Source: Eledone cirrhosa (lineage: Eukaryota). Taken from it: a stretch of 64,000 nt of DNA. The notes under the pieces are model-generated. The model did no database searches. It had not been told where the DNA came from and saw nothing but the letters and a program-made list of their open reading frames with translations. The translations under genes were made by a program, and so were the position numbers. The stretch covers positions 1,240,001-1,304,000 of the forward strand of contig OZ024742.1 of assembly GCA_964016885.1 (NCBI GenBank), written 5' to 3'. Below are positions 1 through 13,100 of the stretch, piece by piece. Numbering within the stretch: position 1 is the first letter of the stretch; the number at the start of each line of letters is the position of its first letter.

Positions 1-183
1 ATATGAAACTAATGAGTCATCTCTCACCCAAGTCTACAGTTGATAAATCTACAACTGGCTTGGACAGATTTCATATCTCTCTTTTTGGTTGGTCGTGTGT
101 CTGTGTGTGTGTGTGTCTGTCTGTCTGTGTCGCATGTGTGTGTCTGTGTGTGTAATGCATGCACACACATATATATATATATA

Positions 184-480
184 CTTGAGGGCAACCAGCT
201 AAAGTGGAAGATGCTAGATGGTCGGTCGTCCTCGGGTCTATGATTTTCAGCCCCGTGGATTTTATCTGTTACATTCATTTATTATATTTCGAATACCTGA
301 TGATATCACTGGATTCATACGGAACCCGGTCATTGAAATGATCATAGTATAATAAACCTTTCAAGGATTTACACCAGTCCAGCCTCCTGTTATTTTATTA
401 TAATATTTAACACCGTACTCGCACCACCAACTACACAAACGAAGACGGTTGAGCTGCTTTACGTTGAGTACTCTCTATAT
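184..480 (+). mobile_element. Penelope pLTR/retrozyme-like non-coding element, family A (second copy ~19626-19822)
   Basis: Starts right after a (TA)n run; homologous to 19626-19822; contains a hammerhead; 3' boundary approximate. Confidence 0.6.
293..350 (+). ncRNA. Minimal type-I hammerhead ribozyme
   Basis: atac-CTGATGA-(stem II actgg..ccggt)-GAAA-tgatca(palindrome)-TA^-gtat. Confidence 0.75.
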
Positions 481-569
481 TATTACATTACGATTGACCA
501 TATGGAATGACCAGCTCTATCCAGTGGTGAACCTTCAAACCTAAATATATATATATATAGTAATAATAA

Positions 570-746
570 TTGTTTCTACTTTTGGCACAAGGCCAACAAT
601 TAACCAGTACATTACTGGTACTTTATTTTATCGACCCCGTAAGGGTGAAAGGCAAAGTTGACCTCGGCGGGATTTGAACTCAGAAGGGAAAGGGCCGTAA
701 CTCTATGCGTCAAAGCATGACGTCTGCCCCTCTACCGATACTGCCA
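570..746 (-). mobile_element. tRNA-derived SINE (MetaSINE-like core)
   Basis: Minus strand: B-box GAGTTCAAATCCC then GAGGTCAACTTTGCCTTTCACCCTTACGGGGTCGATAAAATAAAGTACCAG; at least 5 clear copies in window. Confidence 0.8.
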
Positions 747-870
747 ATAATAATAATAAATGTGAAGACTAAATTCTTTACTTAAACTTTAATCTGTTAT
801 TTTAATAAATATATATTATATTATATATATATTATATATATATATTATATATATATATTATATATATATA

Positions 871-900
871 CTAGCATCGCTCGGGGTCAGTAAGTTACCA
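871..900 (-). mobile_element. Possible degenerate Helitron 3' terminus
   Basis: a|CTAGCATCGCTCGGGGTC resembles the end at 23958; hairpin partly lost; 5' end not identified. Confidence 0.3.
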
Positions 901-1792
901 AAGTTAGGTTGCACCATCCATTTTATGGCAGCACTTTTTTGTCTGCCAGGCACTGGGTGAATGAATTGCAGACCTGGACTGCCGAAGCAGGAGCTGCACC
1001 AGCAGTGACAATTGTAGTTTCACCTATGGATATTATCTCTGTGCAAAGAAGTGTTGAAATGTATTGTTTCACAGTACTTGCGCAACACGCGCGTAGACGA
1101 TGCCAGCCGAACAACAGAGCTGCGATGGAGTTGTTCTGCATGGTTGTCTAATGTGTGTTTTCTAAATTTAAGACAGTAGGGAGGGGTGTGATATGGGGGA
1201 GAGTTAGCTGCTGTTTCTAGCAGGTTTAGTGACCTCATAGACGATATTATTGTGTATAGTAAATAAACGGATACTTCTTTCTTCCACGTTCGTTGAGAGA
1301 TGTTTTAAAAAAGATTTATTGCTATTTTTTGTTGTTGTTTAATAAATTTATCTGTTGCTATTGAGTAATTGTTGCTTCGTATGAAATGTAATAAGTTCTC
1401 TTCGTTGTCATTGAAGTAAATAAATGTTTGACCGTTCCACACAAAAACAAACATTCTCTCTCTCTCTCTCTCACTCCATTTTTTTCTCTTCTTTTTTCAG
1501 CGTTCCTAAAGGAAGTTTGTAAGGCGGGGGTTTAAGCATATATAAGAGAAAGTTGCAGCATGTATGTAGTTTTATCGAATTTTAAGGGTTGTAGAGAGAG
1601 GCATCAGATTGTATTAGAGGGGTAAAGCGTCATGTACTTAGTATTATCGATATTTCCATAATTGTGGGTGAGTTGGAAAAAGATAAATAGTTGTTGACCT
1701 AAGTTAAACCATTTACAATATTCATACAGACTGAGTTGAATCGGTTTGAAATTGTGCAAATGTATAAACACACCACCACCAGCAGCATCACA

Positions 1793-3934
1793 AACCATTA
1801 CCTCAATATCTCCTGGCCAACCAATACCTCAATATCTCCTGGCCAACCAATACCTCAATATGTCCTGGCCAACCGATACCTCAATATCTCCTGGCCAACC
1901 AATACCTCAATATGTCCTGGCCAACCAATACCTCAATATGTCCTAGCCAACCAATACCTCAATATGCCCTGGCCAACCAATACCTCAATATGCCCTGGCC
2001 AACCAATACCTCAATATCTCCTGGCCAACCAATACCTCAATATCTCCTGGCCAACCAATACCTCAATATCTCCTGGCCAACCATTACCTCAATATGTCCT
2101 AGCCAACCAATACCTCAATATGTCCTGGCCAACCAATACCTCAATATGTCCTAGCCAACCAATACCTCAATATGTCCTAGCCAACCATTACCTCAATATC
2201 TCCTGGCCAACCAATACCTCAATATGTCCTAGCCAACCAATACCTCAATATGTCCTAGCCAACCAATACCTCAATATGTCCTGGCCAACCAATACCTCAA
2301 TATGTCCTAGCCAACCAATACCTCAATATGTCCTAGCCAACCGATACCTCAATATGTCCTGGCCAACCATTACCTCAATATCTCCTGGCCAACCAATACC
2401 TCAATATGTCCTAGCCAACCAATACCTCAATATGTCCTAGCCAACCAATACCTCAATATCTCCTGGCCAACCAATACCTCAATATGTCCTAACCAACCGA
2501 TACCTCAATATGTCCTAGCCAACCAATACCTCAATATGTCCTAGCCAACCAATACCTCAATATGTCCTAGCCAACCAATACCTCAATATGTCCTAGCCAA
2601 CCAATACCTCAATATCTCCTGGCCAACCAATACCTCAATATGTCCTAGCCAACCGATACCTCAATATCTCCTGGCCAACCAATACCTCAATATCTCCTGG
2701 CCAACCAATACCTCAATATCTCCTGGCCAACCAATACCTCAATATGTCCTGGCCAACCAATACCTCAATATGTCCTGGCCAACCAATACCTCAATATGTC
2801 CTGGCCAACCAATACCTCAATATGTCCTGGCCAACCAATACCTCAATATGTCCTGGCCAACCAATACCTCAATATGTCCTAGCCAACCAATACCTCAATA
2901 TGTCCTAGCCAACCAATACCTCAATATGTCCTGGCCAACCAATACCTCAATATGTCCTGGCCAACCAATACCTCAATATGTCCTAGCCAACCAATACCTC
3001 AATATGTCCTAGCCAACCGATACCTCAATATGTCCTGGCCAACCAATACCTCAATATGTCCTAGCCAACCAATACCTCAATATGTCCTAGCCAACCAATA
3101 CCTCAATATGTCCTGGCCAACCAATACCTCAATATCTCCTGGCCAACCAATACCTCAATATGTCCTAGCCAACCAATACCTCAATATCTCCTGGCCAACC
3201 AATACCTCAATATCTCCTGGCCAACCAATACCTCAATATGTCCTGGCCAACCAATACCTCAATATCTCCTGGCCAACCAATACCTCAATATGTCCTAGCC
3301 AACCAATACCTCAATATCTCCTGGCCAACCAATACCTCAATATCTCCTGGCCAACCAATACCTCAATATCTCCTGGCCAACCAATACCTCAATATGTCCT
3401 GGCCAACCAATACCTCAATATGTCCTGGCCAACCAATACCTCAATATGTCCTGGCCAACCAATACCTCAATATGTCCTGGCCAACCAATACCTCAATATC
3501 TCCTGGCCAACCAATACCTCAATATGTCCTGGCCAACCATTACCTCAATATCTCCTGGCCAACCAATACCTCAATATCTCCTAGCCAACCAATACCTCAA
3601 TATGTCCTGGCCAACCAATACCTCAATATGTCCTAGCCAACCAATACCTCAATATGTCCTGGCCAACCAATACCTCAATATGTCCTGGCCAACCAATACC
3701 TCAATATCTCCTAGCCAACCAATACCTCAATATGTCCTGGCCAACCAATACCTCAATATGTTCTAGCCAACCAATACCTCAATATGTCCTAGCCAACCAA
3801 TACCTCAATATGTCCTAGCCAACCAATACCTCAATATGTCCTAGCCAACCAATACCTCAATATGTCCTGGCCAACCAATACCTCAATATGTCCTGGCCAA
3901 CCAATACCTGAATATGTCCTGGCCAACCAATACC
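1793..3934 (+). repeat. 26-bp minisatellite, ~82 copies (CCAACCAATACCTCAATAT[G/C]TCCT[G/A]G)
   Basis: Direct tandem repetition with few variant positions. Confidence 0.97.
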
Positions 3935-4191
3935 AGCGTGGAAAAGCCGAATGTAAAGATGATAATAATGTATTCAACCAATAAACAGTGAGTTGTTAAA
4001 AGTGTCTGGTGTGAGAGACCAAGAAGAATGTGTTGTCAGCTGATCTATTTGTTGAGAAGAGCAAATTATTGGGGATTAACAATTTAACAGATCAAAACAT
4101 TGTTTCACATTTACATGTCTGTTGTTGTTCTACATGAAATGAGAAACTAGTTTATATTTTACTCTCAGTTTCAATGTTGATAATAGTTCTA

Positions 4192-7100
4192 TGGTGGTGT
4201 GGTGTTGGTGTGGTGTGGTGTTGGTGTGTTGTAGCGTAGTGTGTTGTAGTGTAGTGTTTTGTAGTGTAGTGTGTTGTAGTGTAGTGTGTTGTAGTGTAGT
4301 GTGTTGTAGTGTAGTGTGTTGTAGTGTAGTGTGTTGTAGTGTAGTGTGTTGTAGTGTAGTGTGTTATAGTGTAGTGTGTTGTAATGTAGTGTGTTGTCGT
4401 GTAGTGTGTTGTAATGTAGTGTGTTGTAATGTAGTGTGTTGTAGTGTAGTGTGTTGTAATGTAGTGTTTTGTAGTGTAGTGTGTTGTAATGTAGTGTGTT
4501 GTCGTGTAGTGTGTTGTAGTGTAGTGTGTTGTAGTGTAGTGTGTTATAGTGTAGTGTGTTGTAATGTAGTGTGTTGTCGTGTAGTGTGTTGTCGTGTAGT
4601 GTGTTGTAATGTAGTGTGTTGTAGTGTAGTGTTGTAATGTAGTGTGTTGTCGTGTAGTGTGTTGTCGTGTAGTGTGTTGTCGTGTCGGTGTCCGTGTCGT
4701 GTCGTGGTGTTGTGGTGTGTGTGGTGGTGTTGTGTTGTAGTGTGTGGTGGTGTGTGGTTTGTAGTGTTGTTGTGGTGTGTTGTGCTGTGTGGTGGTGTAG
4801 TGTTGTGGTGTGTTGTAGTGTGGTCTGTTGTGGTGGTGTGTTGTAATGTAGTGTGGTGGTGGTGTGTGGTGTGGTGTGTTGTAGTGTAGTGTGGTGTGGT
4901 GGTGTGTTGTAATGTAGTGTGGTGTGTAGTGTGGTGCTGTAGTGTAGTGTGGTGTTGTGGTGTAGTGTGGTGTTGTGGTGTAGTGTGGTGTTGTGGTGTA
5001 GTGTGGTGTTGTGGTGTAATGTGGTGTTGTGGTGTAGTGTGGTGTTGTGGTGTAGTGTGGTGTGGTGGTGTAGTGTGGTGTTGCGGTGTAGTGTGGTGTT
5101 GCGGTGTAGTGTGGTGTTTGTGGTGTATTGTGGTGTTGTGGTGTTGTGGTGTAGTGTGGTGTTGTGGTGTAGTGTGGTGTTGTGGTGTAGTGTAGTGTTG
5201 TGGTGTAGTGTGGTGTTGTGGTGTAGTGTGGTGTTGTGGTGTAGTGTGGTGTTGTGGTGTATTGTAGTGTGGTGTATTGTAGTGTGGTGTTGTGGTGTAG
5301 TGTGGTGTTGTGGTGTAGTGTAGTGTTGTGGTGTAGTGTAGTGTTGTGGTGTAGTGTGGTGTGGTGTGGTGTAGTGTGGTGTGGTGTTGTGGTGTAGTGT
5401 GGTGTTGTGTGGTGTAGTGTGGTGTTGTGGTGTAGTGTGGTGTTGTGGTGTAGTGTGGTGTTGTGGTGTAGTGTGGTGTTGTGGTGTAGTGTGGTGTTGT
5501 GGTGTAGTGTGGTGTTGTTGTGTAGTGTGGTGTTGTGGTGTAGTGTGGTGTTGTGTGGTGTAGTGTGGTGTTGTGGTGTAGTGTGGTGTAGTGTGGTGTT
5601 GTGGTGTAGTGTGGTGTTGTGGTGTAGTGTGGTGTTGTGGTGTAGTGTGGTGTATTGTAGTGTGGTGGTGTGGTGTATTGTGGTGTTGTGGTGTAGTGTG
5701 GTGTTGTGATGTACTGTGGTGTTGTGGTGTAGTGTGGTGTTGTGGTGTAGTGTGGTGTTGTGGTGTATTGTAGTGTGGTGTATTGTAGTGTGGTGGTGTG
5801 GTGTAGTGTGGTGTTGTGTGTAGTGTGGTGTTGTGGTGTATTGTAGTGTGGTGGTGTGGTGTAGTGTGGTGTTGTGGTGTATTGTAGTGTGGTGTTGTAG
5901 TGTAGTATAGTGTGGTGTTGTAGTGTAGTATAGTGTGGTGGTGTAGTGTGGTGTTGTGGTGTATTGTAGTGTTGTGGTGTAGTGTGGTGTTGTGGTGTAT
6001 TGTAGTGTTGTGGTGTATTGTAGTGTGGTGGTGTAGTGTGGTGTTGTGTTGTGGTGGTGTGTGGTTTGTAGTGTTGTTGTGGTGTGTTGTGCTGTGTGGT
6101 GGTGTAGTGTTGTGGTGTGTTGTAGTGTGGTCTGTTGTGGTGGTGTGTTGTAATGTAGTGTGGTGGTGGTGTGTGGTGTGGTGTGTTGTAGTGTAGTGTG
6201 GTGTGGTGGTGTGTTGTAATGTAGTGTGGTGTGTAGTGTGGTGCTGTAGTGTAGTGTGGTGTTGTGGTGTAGTGTGGTGTTGTGGTGTAGTGTGGTGTTG
6301 TGGTGTAGTGTGGTGTTGTGGTGTAGTGTGGTGTTGTGGTGTAGTGTGGTGTTGTGGTGTAGTGTGGTGTTGTGGTGTAGTGTGGTGTTGTGGTGTAGTG
6401 TGGTGTTGTGGTGTAGTGTGGTGTTGTGGTGTAGTGTGGTGTTGTGGTGTAGTGTGGTGTTGTGGTGTAGTGTGGTGTGGTGGTGTAGTGTGGTGTTTGT
6501 GGTGTATTGTGGTGTTTGTGGTGTATTGTGGTGTTGTGTAGTGTGGTGTTGTGGTGTAGTGTGGTGTATTGTAGTGTGGTGGTGTGGTGTACTGTGGTGT
6601 TGTGGTGTAGTGTGGTGTTGTGGTGTAGTGTGGTGTTGTGGTGTAGTGTGGTGTTGTGGTGTAGTGTGGTGTGGTGGTGTAGTGTGGTGTGGTGGTGTAG
6701 TGTGGTGTTGTGGTGTAGTGTGGTGTATTGTAGTGTGGTGGTGTGGTGTATTGTGGTGTTGTGGTGTAGTGTGGTGTTGTGGTGTAGTGTGGTGTTGTGG
6801 TGTAGTGTGGTGTTGTGGTGTAGTGTGGTGTGGTGGTGTAGTGTGGTGTGGTGGTGTAGTGTGGTGTTGTGGTGTAGTGTGGTGTTTGTGGTGTATTGTG
6901 GTGTTGTGTAGTGTGGTGTTGTGGTGTAGTGTGGTGTATTGTAGTGTGGTGGTGTGGTGTATTGTGGTGTTGTGGTGTAGTGTGGTGTTGTGGTGTAGTG
7001 TGGTGTTGTGGTGTAGTGTGGTGTGGTGGTGTAGTGTGGTGTGGTGGTGTAGTGTGGTGTTGTGGTGTAGTGTGGTGTTTGTGGTGTATTGTGGTGTTGT

Positions 7101-10100
7101 GTAGTGTGGTGTTGTGGTGTAGTGTGGTGTATTGTAGTGTGGTGGTGTGGTGTATTGTGGTGTTGTGGTGTAGTGTGGTGTTGTGATGTAGTGTGGTGTT
7201 GTGGTGTATTGTAGTGTGGTGTATTGTAGTGTGGTGTATTGTAGTGTGGTGTTGTGGTGTAGTGTGGTGTTGTGTGTAGTGTGGTGTTGTGGTGTAGTGT
7301 GGTGTTGTGGTGTAGTGTGGTGTTGTGGTGTATTGTAGTGTGGTGGTGTGGTGTAGTGTGGTGTTGTGGTGTATTGTAGTGTGGTGTTGTAGTGTAGTAT
7401 AGTGTGGTGTTGTAGTGTAGTATAGTGTGGTGGTGTAGTGTGGTGTTGTGGTGTATTGTAGTGTTGTGGTGTAGTGTGGTGTTGTGGTGTATTGTAGTGT
7501 TGTGGTGTATTGTAGTGTGGTGGTGTAGTGTGGTGTTGTGGTGTAGTGTGTGGTGGTGTGTGGCTTGTAGTGTTGTGGTGGTGTGTGGTTTGTAGTGTTG
7601 TTGTGGTGTGTTGTGCTGTGTGGTGGTGTAGTGTTGTGGTGTGTTGTAGTGTGGTCTGTTGTGGTGGTGTGTTGTAATGTAGTGTGGTGGTGGTGTGTTG
7701 TGTTGTAGTGTAGTGTGGTGTAGTGTGGTGTTGTGGTGTAGTGTGGTGTGGTGGTGTAGTGTGGTGTGGTGGTGTAGTGTGGTGTAGTGTGGTGTAGTGT
7801 GGTGGTGTATTGTGGTGTTGTGTGTAGTGTGGTGTTGTGGTGTAGTGTGGTGTTGTGGTGTAGTGTGGTGTTGTGGTGTAGTGTGGTGTTGTGGTGTAGT
7901 GTGGTGTTGTGTGGTGTGGTGTGGTGTTGTGGTGTAGTGTGGTGTTGTGGTGTAGTGTGGTGTATTGTAGTGTGGTGTATTGTAGGGTGGTGTATTGTGG
8001 TGTTGTGGTGTATTGTGGTGTCGTGGTGTAGTGTGGTGTTGTGGTGTAGTGTGGTGTATTGTAGTGTGGTGGTGTGGTGTATTGTGGTGTTGTGGTGTAG
8101 TGTGGTGTTGTGATGTAGTGTGGTGTTGTGGTGTAGTGTGGTGTTGTGGTGTATTGTAGTGTGGTGTATTGTAGTGTGGTGGTGTGGTGTAGTGTGGTGT
8201 TGTGGTGTAGTGTGGTGTTGTGATGTACTGTGGTGTTGTGGTGTAGTGTGGTGTTGTGGTGTAGTGTGGTGTTGTGGTGTATTGTAGTGTGGTGTATTGT
8301 AGTGTGGTGGTGTGGTGTAGTGTGGTGTTGTGTGTAGTGTGGTGTTGTGGTGTAGTGTGGTGTTGTGGTGTAATGTGGTGGTGTGGTGTAGTGTGGTGGT
8401 GTGGTGTAGTGTGGTGGTGTGGTGTAGTGTGGTGTTGTGGTGTGGTGTAGTGTGGTGCTGTGGTGTAGTGTGGTGTTGTGGTGTATTGTAGTGTGGTGTT
8501 GTAGTGTAGTATAGTGTGGTGTTGTAGTGTAGTATAGTGTGGTGGTGTAGTGTGGTATAGTGTGGTGGTGTAGTGTGGTATAGTGTGGTGGTGTAGTGTG
8601 GTGTTGTGGTGTATTGTAGTGTTGTGGTGTAGTGTGGTGTTGTGGTGTATTGTAGTGTTGTGGTGTATTGTAGTGTGGTGGTGTAGTGTGGTGTTGTGTT
8701 GTGGTGGTGTGTGGTTTGTAGTGTTGTTGTGGTGTGTTGTGCTGTGTGGTGGTGTAGTGTTGTGGTGTGTTGTAGTGTGGTCTGTTGTGGTGGTGTGTTG
8801 TAATGTAGTGTGGTGGTGGTGTGTGGTGTGGTGTGTTGTAGTGTAGTGTGGTGTGGTGTGGTGGTGTGTTGTAATGTAGTGTGGTGTGTAGTGTGGTGCT
8901 GTAGTGTAGTGTGGTGTTGTGGTGTAGTGTGGTGTTGTGGTGTAGTGTGGTGTTGTGGTGTAGTGTGGTGTTGTGGTGTAGTGTGGTGTTGTGGTGTAGT
9001 GTGGTGTTGTGGTGTAGTGTGGTGTTGTGGTGTAGTGTGGTGTTTGTGGTGTATTGTGGTGTTGTGTAGTGTGGTGTTGTGGTGTAGTGTGGTGTATTGT
9101 AGTGTGGTGGTGTGGTGTATTGTGATGTAGTGTGGTGTTGTGGTGTAGTGTGGTGTTGTGGTGTATTGTAGTGTGGTGTATTGTAGTGTGGTGGTGTGGT
9201 GTAGTGTGGTGTTGTGTGTAGTGTGGTGTTGTGGTGTAGTGTGGTGTTGTGGTGTAGTGTGGTGTTGTGGTGTAATGTGGTGGTGTGGTGTAGTGTGGTG
9301 TTGTGGTGTAGTGTGGTGTTGTGGTGTAGTGTGGTGTTGTGGTGTATTGTAGTGTGGTGGTGTGGTGTAGTGTGGTGTTGTGGTGTATTGTAGTGTGGTG
9401 TTGTAGTGTAGTATAGTGTGGTGTTGTAGTGTAGTATAGTGTGGTGGTGTAGTGTGGTGTTGTGGTGTATTGTAGTGTTGTGGTGTAGTGTGGTGTTGTG
9501 GTGTATTGTAGTGTTGTGGTGTATTGTAGTGTGGTGGTGTAGTGTGGTGTTGTGGTGTAGTGTTGTGGTGGTGTGTGGTTTGTAGTGTTGTGGTGGTGTG
9601 TTGTGCTGTGTGGTGGTGTAGTGTTGTGGTGTGTTGTAGTGTGGTCTGTTGTGGTGGTGTGTTGTAATGTAGTGTGGTGGTGGTGTGTTGTGTTGTAGTG
9701 TAGTGTGGTGTGGTGGTGTGTTGTAATGTAGTGTGGTGTGTAGTGTGGTGCTGTAGTGTAGTGTGGTGTTGTGGTGTGTTGTGGTGTAGTGTGGTGTTGT
9801 GGTGTGTTGTGGTGTAGTGTGGTGTATTGTAGTGTGGTGTTGTGGTGTAGTGTGGTGTTGTGGTGTAGTGTGGTGTTGTGGTGTAGTGTGGTGTTGTGGT
9901 GTAGTGTGGTGTTGTGGTGTAGTGTGGTGTTGTGGTGTAGTGTGGTGTTGTGGTGTAGTGTGGTGTGGTGGTGTAGTGTGGTGTGGTGGTGTAGTGTGGT
10001 GTGGTGGTGTAGTGTGGTGTTGTGGTGTAGTGTGGTGTTGTGGTGTAGTGTGGTGTTGTGGTGTAGTGTGGTGTTGTGTGGTGTAGTGTGGTGGTGTAGT

Positions 10101-13100
10101 GTGGTGTTGTGGTGGTGTTGTGGTGTAGTGTGGTGTTGTGGTGTAGTGCGGTGTTGTGGTGTAGTGTGGTATGGTGGTGTAGTGTGGTGTTGTGGTGTAG
10201 TGTGGTGTAGTGTGGTGTTGTGGTGTAGTGTGGTGTAGTGTGGTGTTGTGGTGTAGTGTGGTGTTGTGGTGTAGTGTGGTGTATTGTGGTGTTGTGGTGT
10301 AGTGTGGTGTTGTGGTGTAGTGTGGTGTTGTGGTGTAGTGTGGTGTTGTGGTGTAGTGTGGTGTATTGTAGTGTGGTGGTGTGGTGTATTGTGGTGTTGT
10401 GGTGTAGTGTGGTGTTGTGGTGTAGTGTGGTGTTGTGGTGTAGTGTGGTGTAGTGTGGTGTTGTGGTGTAGTGTGGTGTAGTGTGGTGTTGTGGTGTAGT
10501 GTGGTGTGGTGGTGTAGTTTGGTGTGGTGGTGTAGTGTGGTGTAGTGTGGTGTAGTGTGGTGTTGTGGTGTATTGTGGTGTTGTGTGTAGTGTGGTGTTG
10601 TGGTGTAGTGTGGTGTTGTGGTGTAGTGTGGTGTTGTGGTGTAGTGTGGTGTTGTGGTGTAGTGTGGTGTTGTGTTGTGGTGTAGTGTGGTGTTGTGGTG
10701 TAGTGTGGTGTATTGTAGTGTGGTGTATTGTAGGGTGGTGTATTGTGGTGTTGTGGTGTATTGTGGTGTCGTGGTGTAGTGTGGTGTTGTGGTGTAGTGT
10801 GGTGTATTGTAGTGTGGTGGTGTGGTGTATTGTGGTGTTGTGGTGTAGTGTGGTGTTGTGATGTAGTGTGGTGTTGTGGTGTAGTGTGGTGTTGTGGTGT
10901 AGTGTGGTGTTGTGGTGTATTGTAGTGTGGTGTATTGTAGTGTGGTGGTGTGGTGTAGTGTGGTGTTGTGGTGTAGTGTGGTGTTGTGATGTACTGTGGT
11001 GTTGTGGTGTAGTGTGGTGTTGTGGTGTAGTGTGGTGTTGTGGTGTATTGTAGTGTGGTGTATTGTAGTGTGGTGGTGTGGTGTAGTGTGGTGTTGTGTG
11101 TAGTGTGGTGTTGTGGTGTAGTGTGGTGTTGTGGTGTAGTGTGGTGTTGTGGTGTAATGTGGTGGTGTGGTGTAGTGTGGTGGTGTGGTGTAGTGTGGTG
11201 GTGTGGTGTAGTGTGGTGTTGTGGTGTGGTGTAGTGTGGTGCTGTGGTGTATTGTAGTGTGGTGTTGTAGTGTAGTATAGTGTGGTGTTGTAGTGTAGTA
11301 TAGTGTGGTGGTGTAGTGTGGTATAGTGTGGTGGTGTAGTGTGGTGTTGTGGTGTATTGTAGTGTGGTGTTGTAGTGTAGTATAGTGTGGTGTTGTAGTG
11401 TAGTATAGTGTGGTGGTGTAGTGTGGTATAGTGTGGTGGTGTAGTGTGGTGTTGTGGTGTATTGTAGTGTTGTGGTGTAGTGTGGTGTTGTGGTGTATTG
11501 TAGTGTTGTGGTGTATTGTAGTGTGGTGGTGTAGTGTGGTGTTGTGTTGTGGTGGTGTGTGGTTTGTAGTGTTGTTGTGGTGTGTTGTGCTGTGTGGTGG
11601 TGTAGTGTTGTGGTGTGTTGTAGTGTGGTCTGTTGTGGTGGTGTGTTGTAATGTAGTGTGGTGGTGGTGTGTGGTGTGGTGTGTTGTAGTGTAGTGTGGT
11701 GTGTTGTAGTGTAGTGTGGTGTGGTGTGGTGGTGTGTTGTAATGTAGTGTGGTGTGTAGTGTGGTGCTGTAGTGTAGTGTGGTGTTGTGGTGTAGTGTGG
11801 TGTTGTGGTGTAGTGTGGTGTTGTGGTGTAGTGTGGTGTTGTGGTGTAGTGTGGTGTTGTGGTGTAGTGTGGTGTTGTGGTGTAGTGTGGTGTTGTGGTG
11901 TAGTGTGGTGTTTGTGGTGTATTGTGGTGTTGTGTAGTGTGGTGTTGTGGTGTAGTGTGGTGTATAGTAGTGTGGTGGTGTGGTGTATTGTGATGTAGTG
12001 TGGTGTTGTGGTGTAGTGTGGTGTTGTGGTGTATTGTAGTGTGGTGTATTGTAGTGTGGTGGTGTGGTGTAGTGTGGTGTTGTGTGTAGTGTGGTGTTGT
12101 GGTGTAGTGTGGTGTTGTGGTGTAGTGTGGTGTTGTGGTGTAATGTGGTGGTGTGGTGTAGTGTGGTGTTGTGGTGTAGTGTGGTGTTGTGGTGTAGTGT
12201 GGTGTTGTGGTGTATTGTAGTGTGGTGGTGTGGTGTAGTGTGGTGTTGTGGTGTATTGTAGTGTGGTGTTGTAGTGTAGTATAGTGTGGTGTTGTAGTGT
12301 AGTATAGTGTGGTGGTGTAGTGTGGTGTTGTGGTGTATTGTAGTGTTGTGGTGTAGTGTGGTGTTGTGGTGTATTGTAGTGTTGTGGTGTATTGTAGTGT
12401 GGTGGTGTAGTGTGGTGTTGTGGTGTAGTGTTGTGGTGGTGTGTGGTTTGTAGTGTTGTGGTGGTGTGTGGTTTGTAGTGTTGTTGTGGTGTGTTGTGCT
12501 GTGTGGTGGTGTAGTGTTGTGGTGTGTTGTAGTGTGGTCTGTTGTGGTGGTGTGTTGTAATGTAGTGTGGTGGTGGTGTGTTGTGTTGTAGTGTAGTGTG
12601 GTGTGGTGGTGTGTTGTAATGTAGTGTGGTGTGTAGTGTGGTGCTGTAGTGTAGTGTGGTGTAGTGTGGTGTTGTGGTGTAGTGTGGTGTTGTGGTGTAG
12701 TGTGGTGTTGTGGTGTAGTGTGGTGTTGTGGTGTAGTGTGGTGTTGTGGTGTAGTGTGGTGTTGTGGTGTAGTGTGGTGTTGTGGTGTAGTGTGGTGTGG
12801 TGGAGTAGTGTGGTGTGGTGGTGTAGTGTGGTGTGGTGGTGTAGTGTGGTGTTGTGGTGTAGTGTGGTGTTTGTGGTGTATTGTGGTGTTGTGGTGTAGT
12901 GTGGTGTTGTGGTGTAGTGTGGTGTTGTGGTGTAGTGTGGTGTTGTGTGGTGTAGTGTGGTGGTGTAGTGTGGTGTTGTGGTGGTGTTGTGGTGTAGTGT
13001 GGTGTTGTGGTGTAGTGTGGTGTTGTGGTGTAGTGTGGTGTTGTGGTGTAGTGTGGTGTTGTGGTGTAGTGTGGTGTTGTGGTGTAGTGTGGTGTTGTGT

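Noticed and set aside
1480-1524. Possible 18-nt microexon (polypyrimidine-CAG...GTAAG)
   Set aside because: No supporting exons or homology visible
1736-3766. ORFs or CRISPR-like array in the 26-bp repeat
   Set aside because: Unit not a multiple of 3; no unique spacers; no cas genes; eukaryotic context
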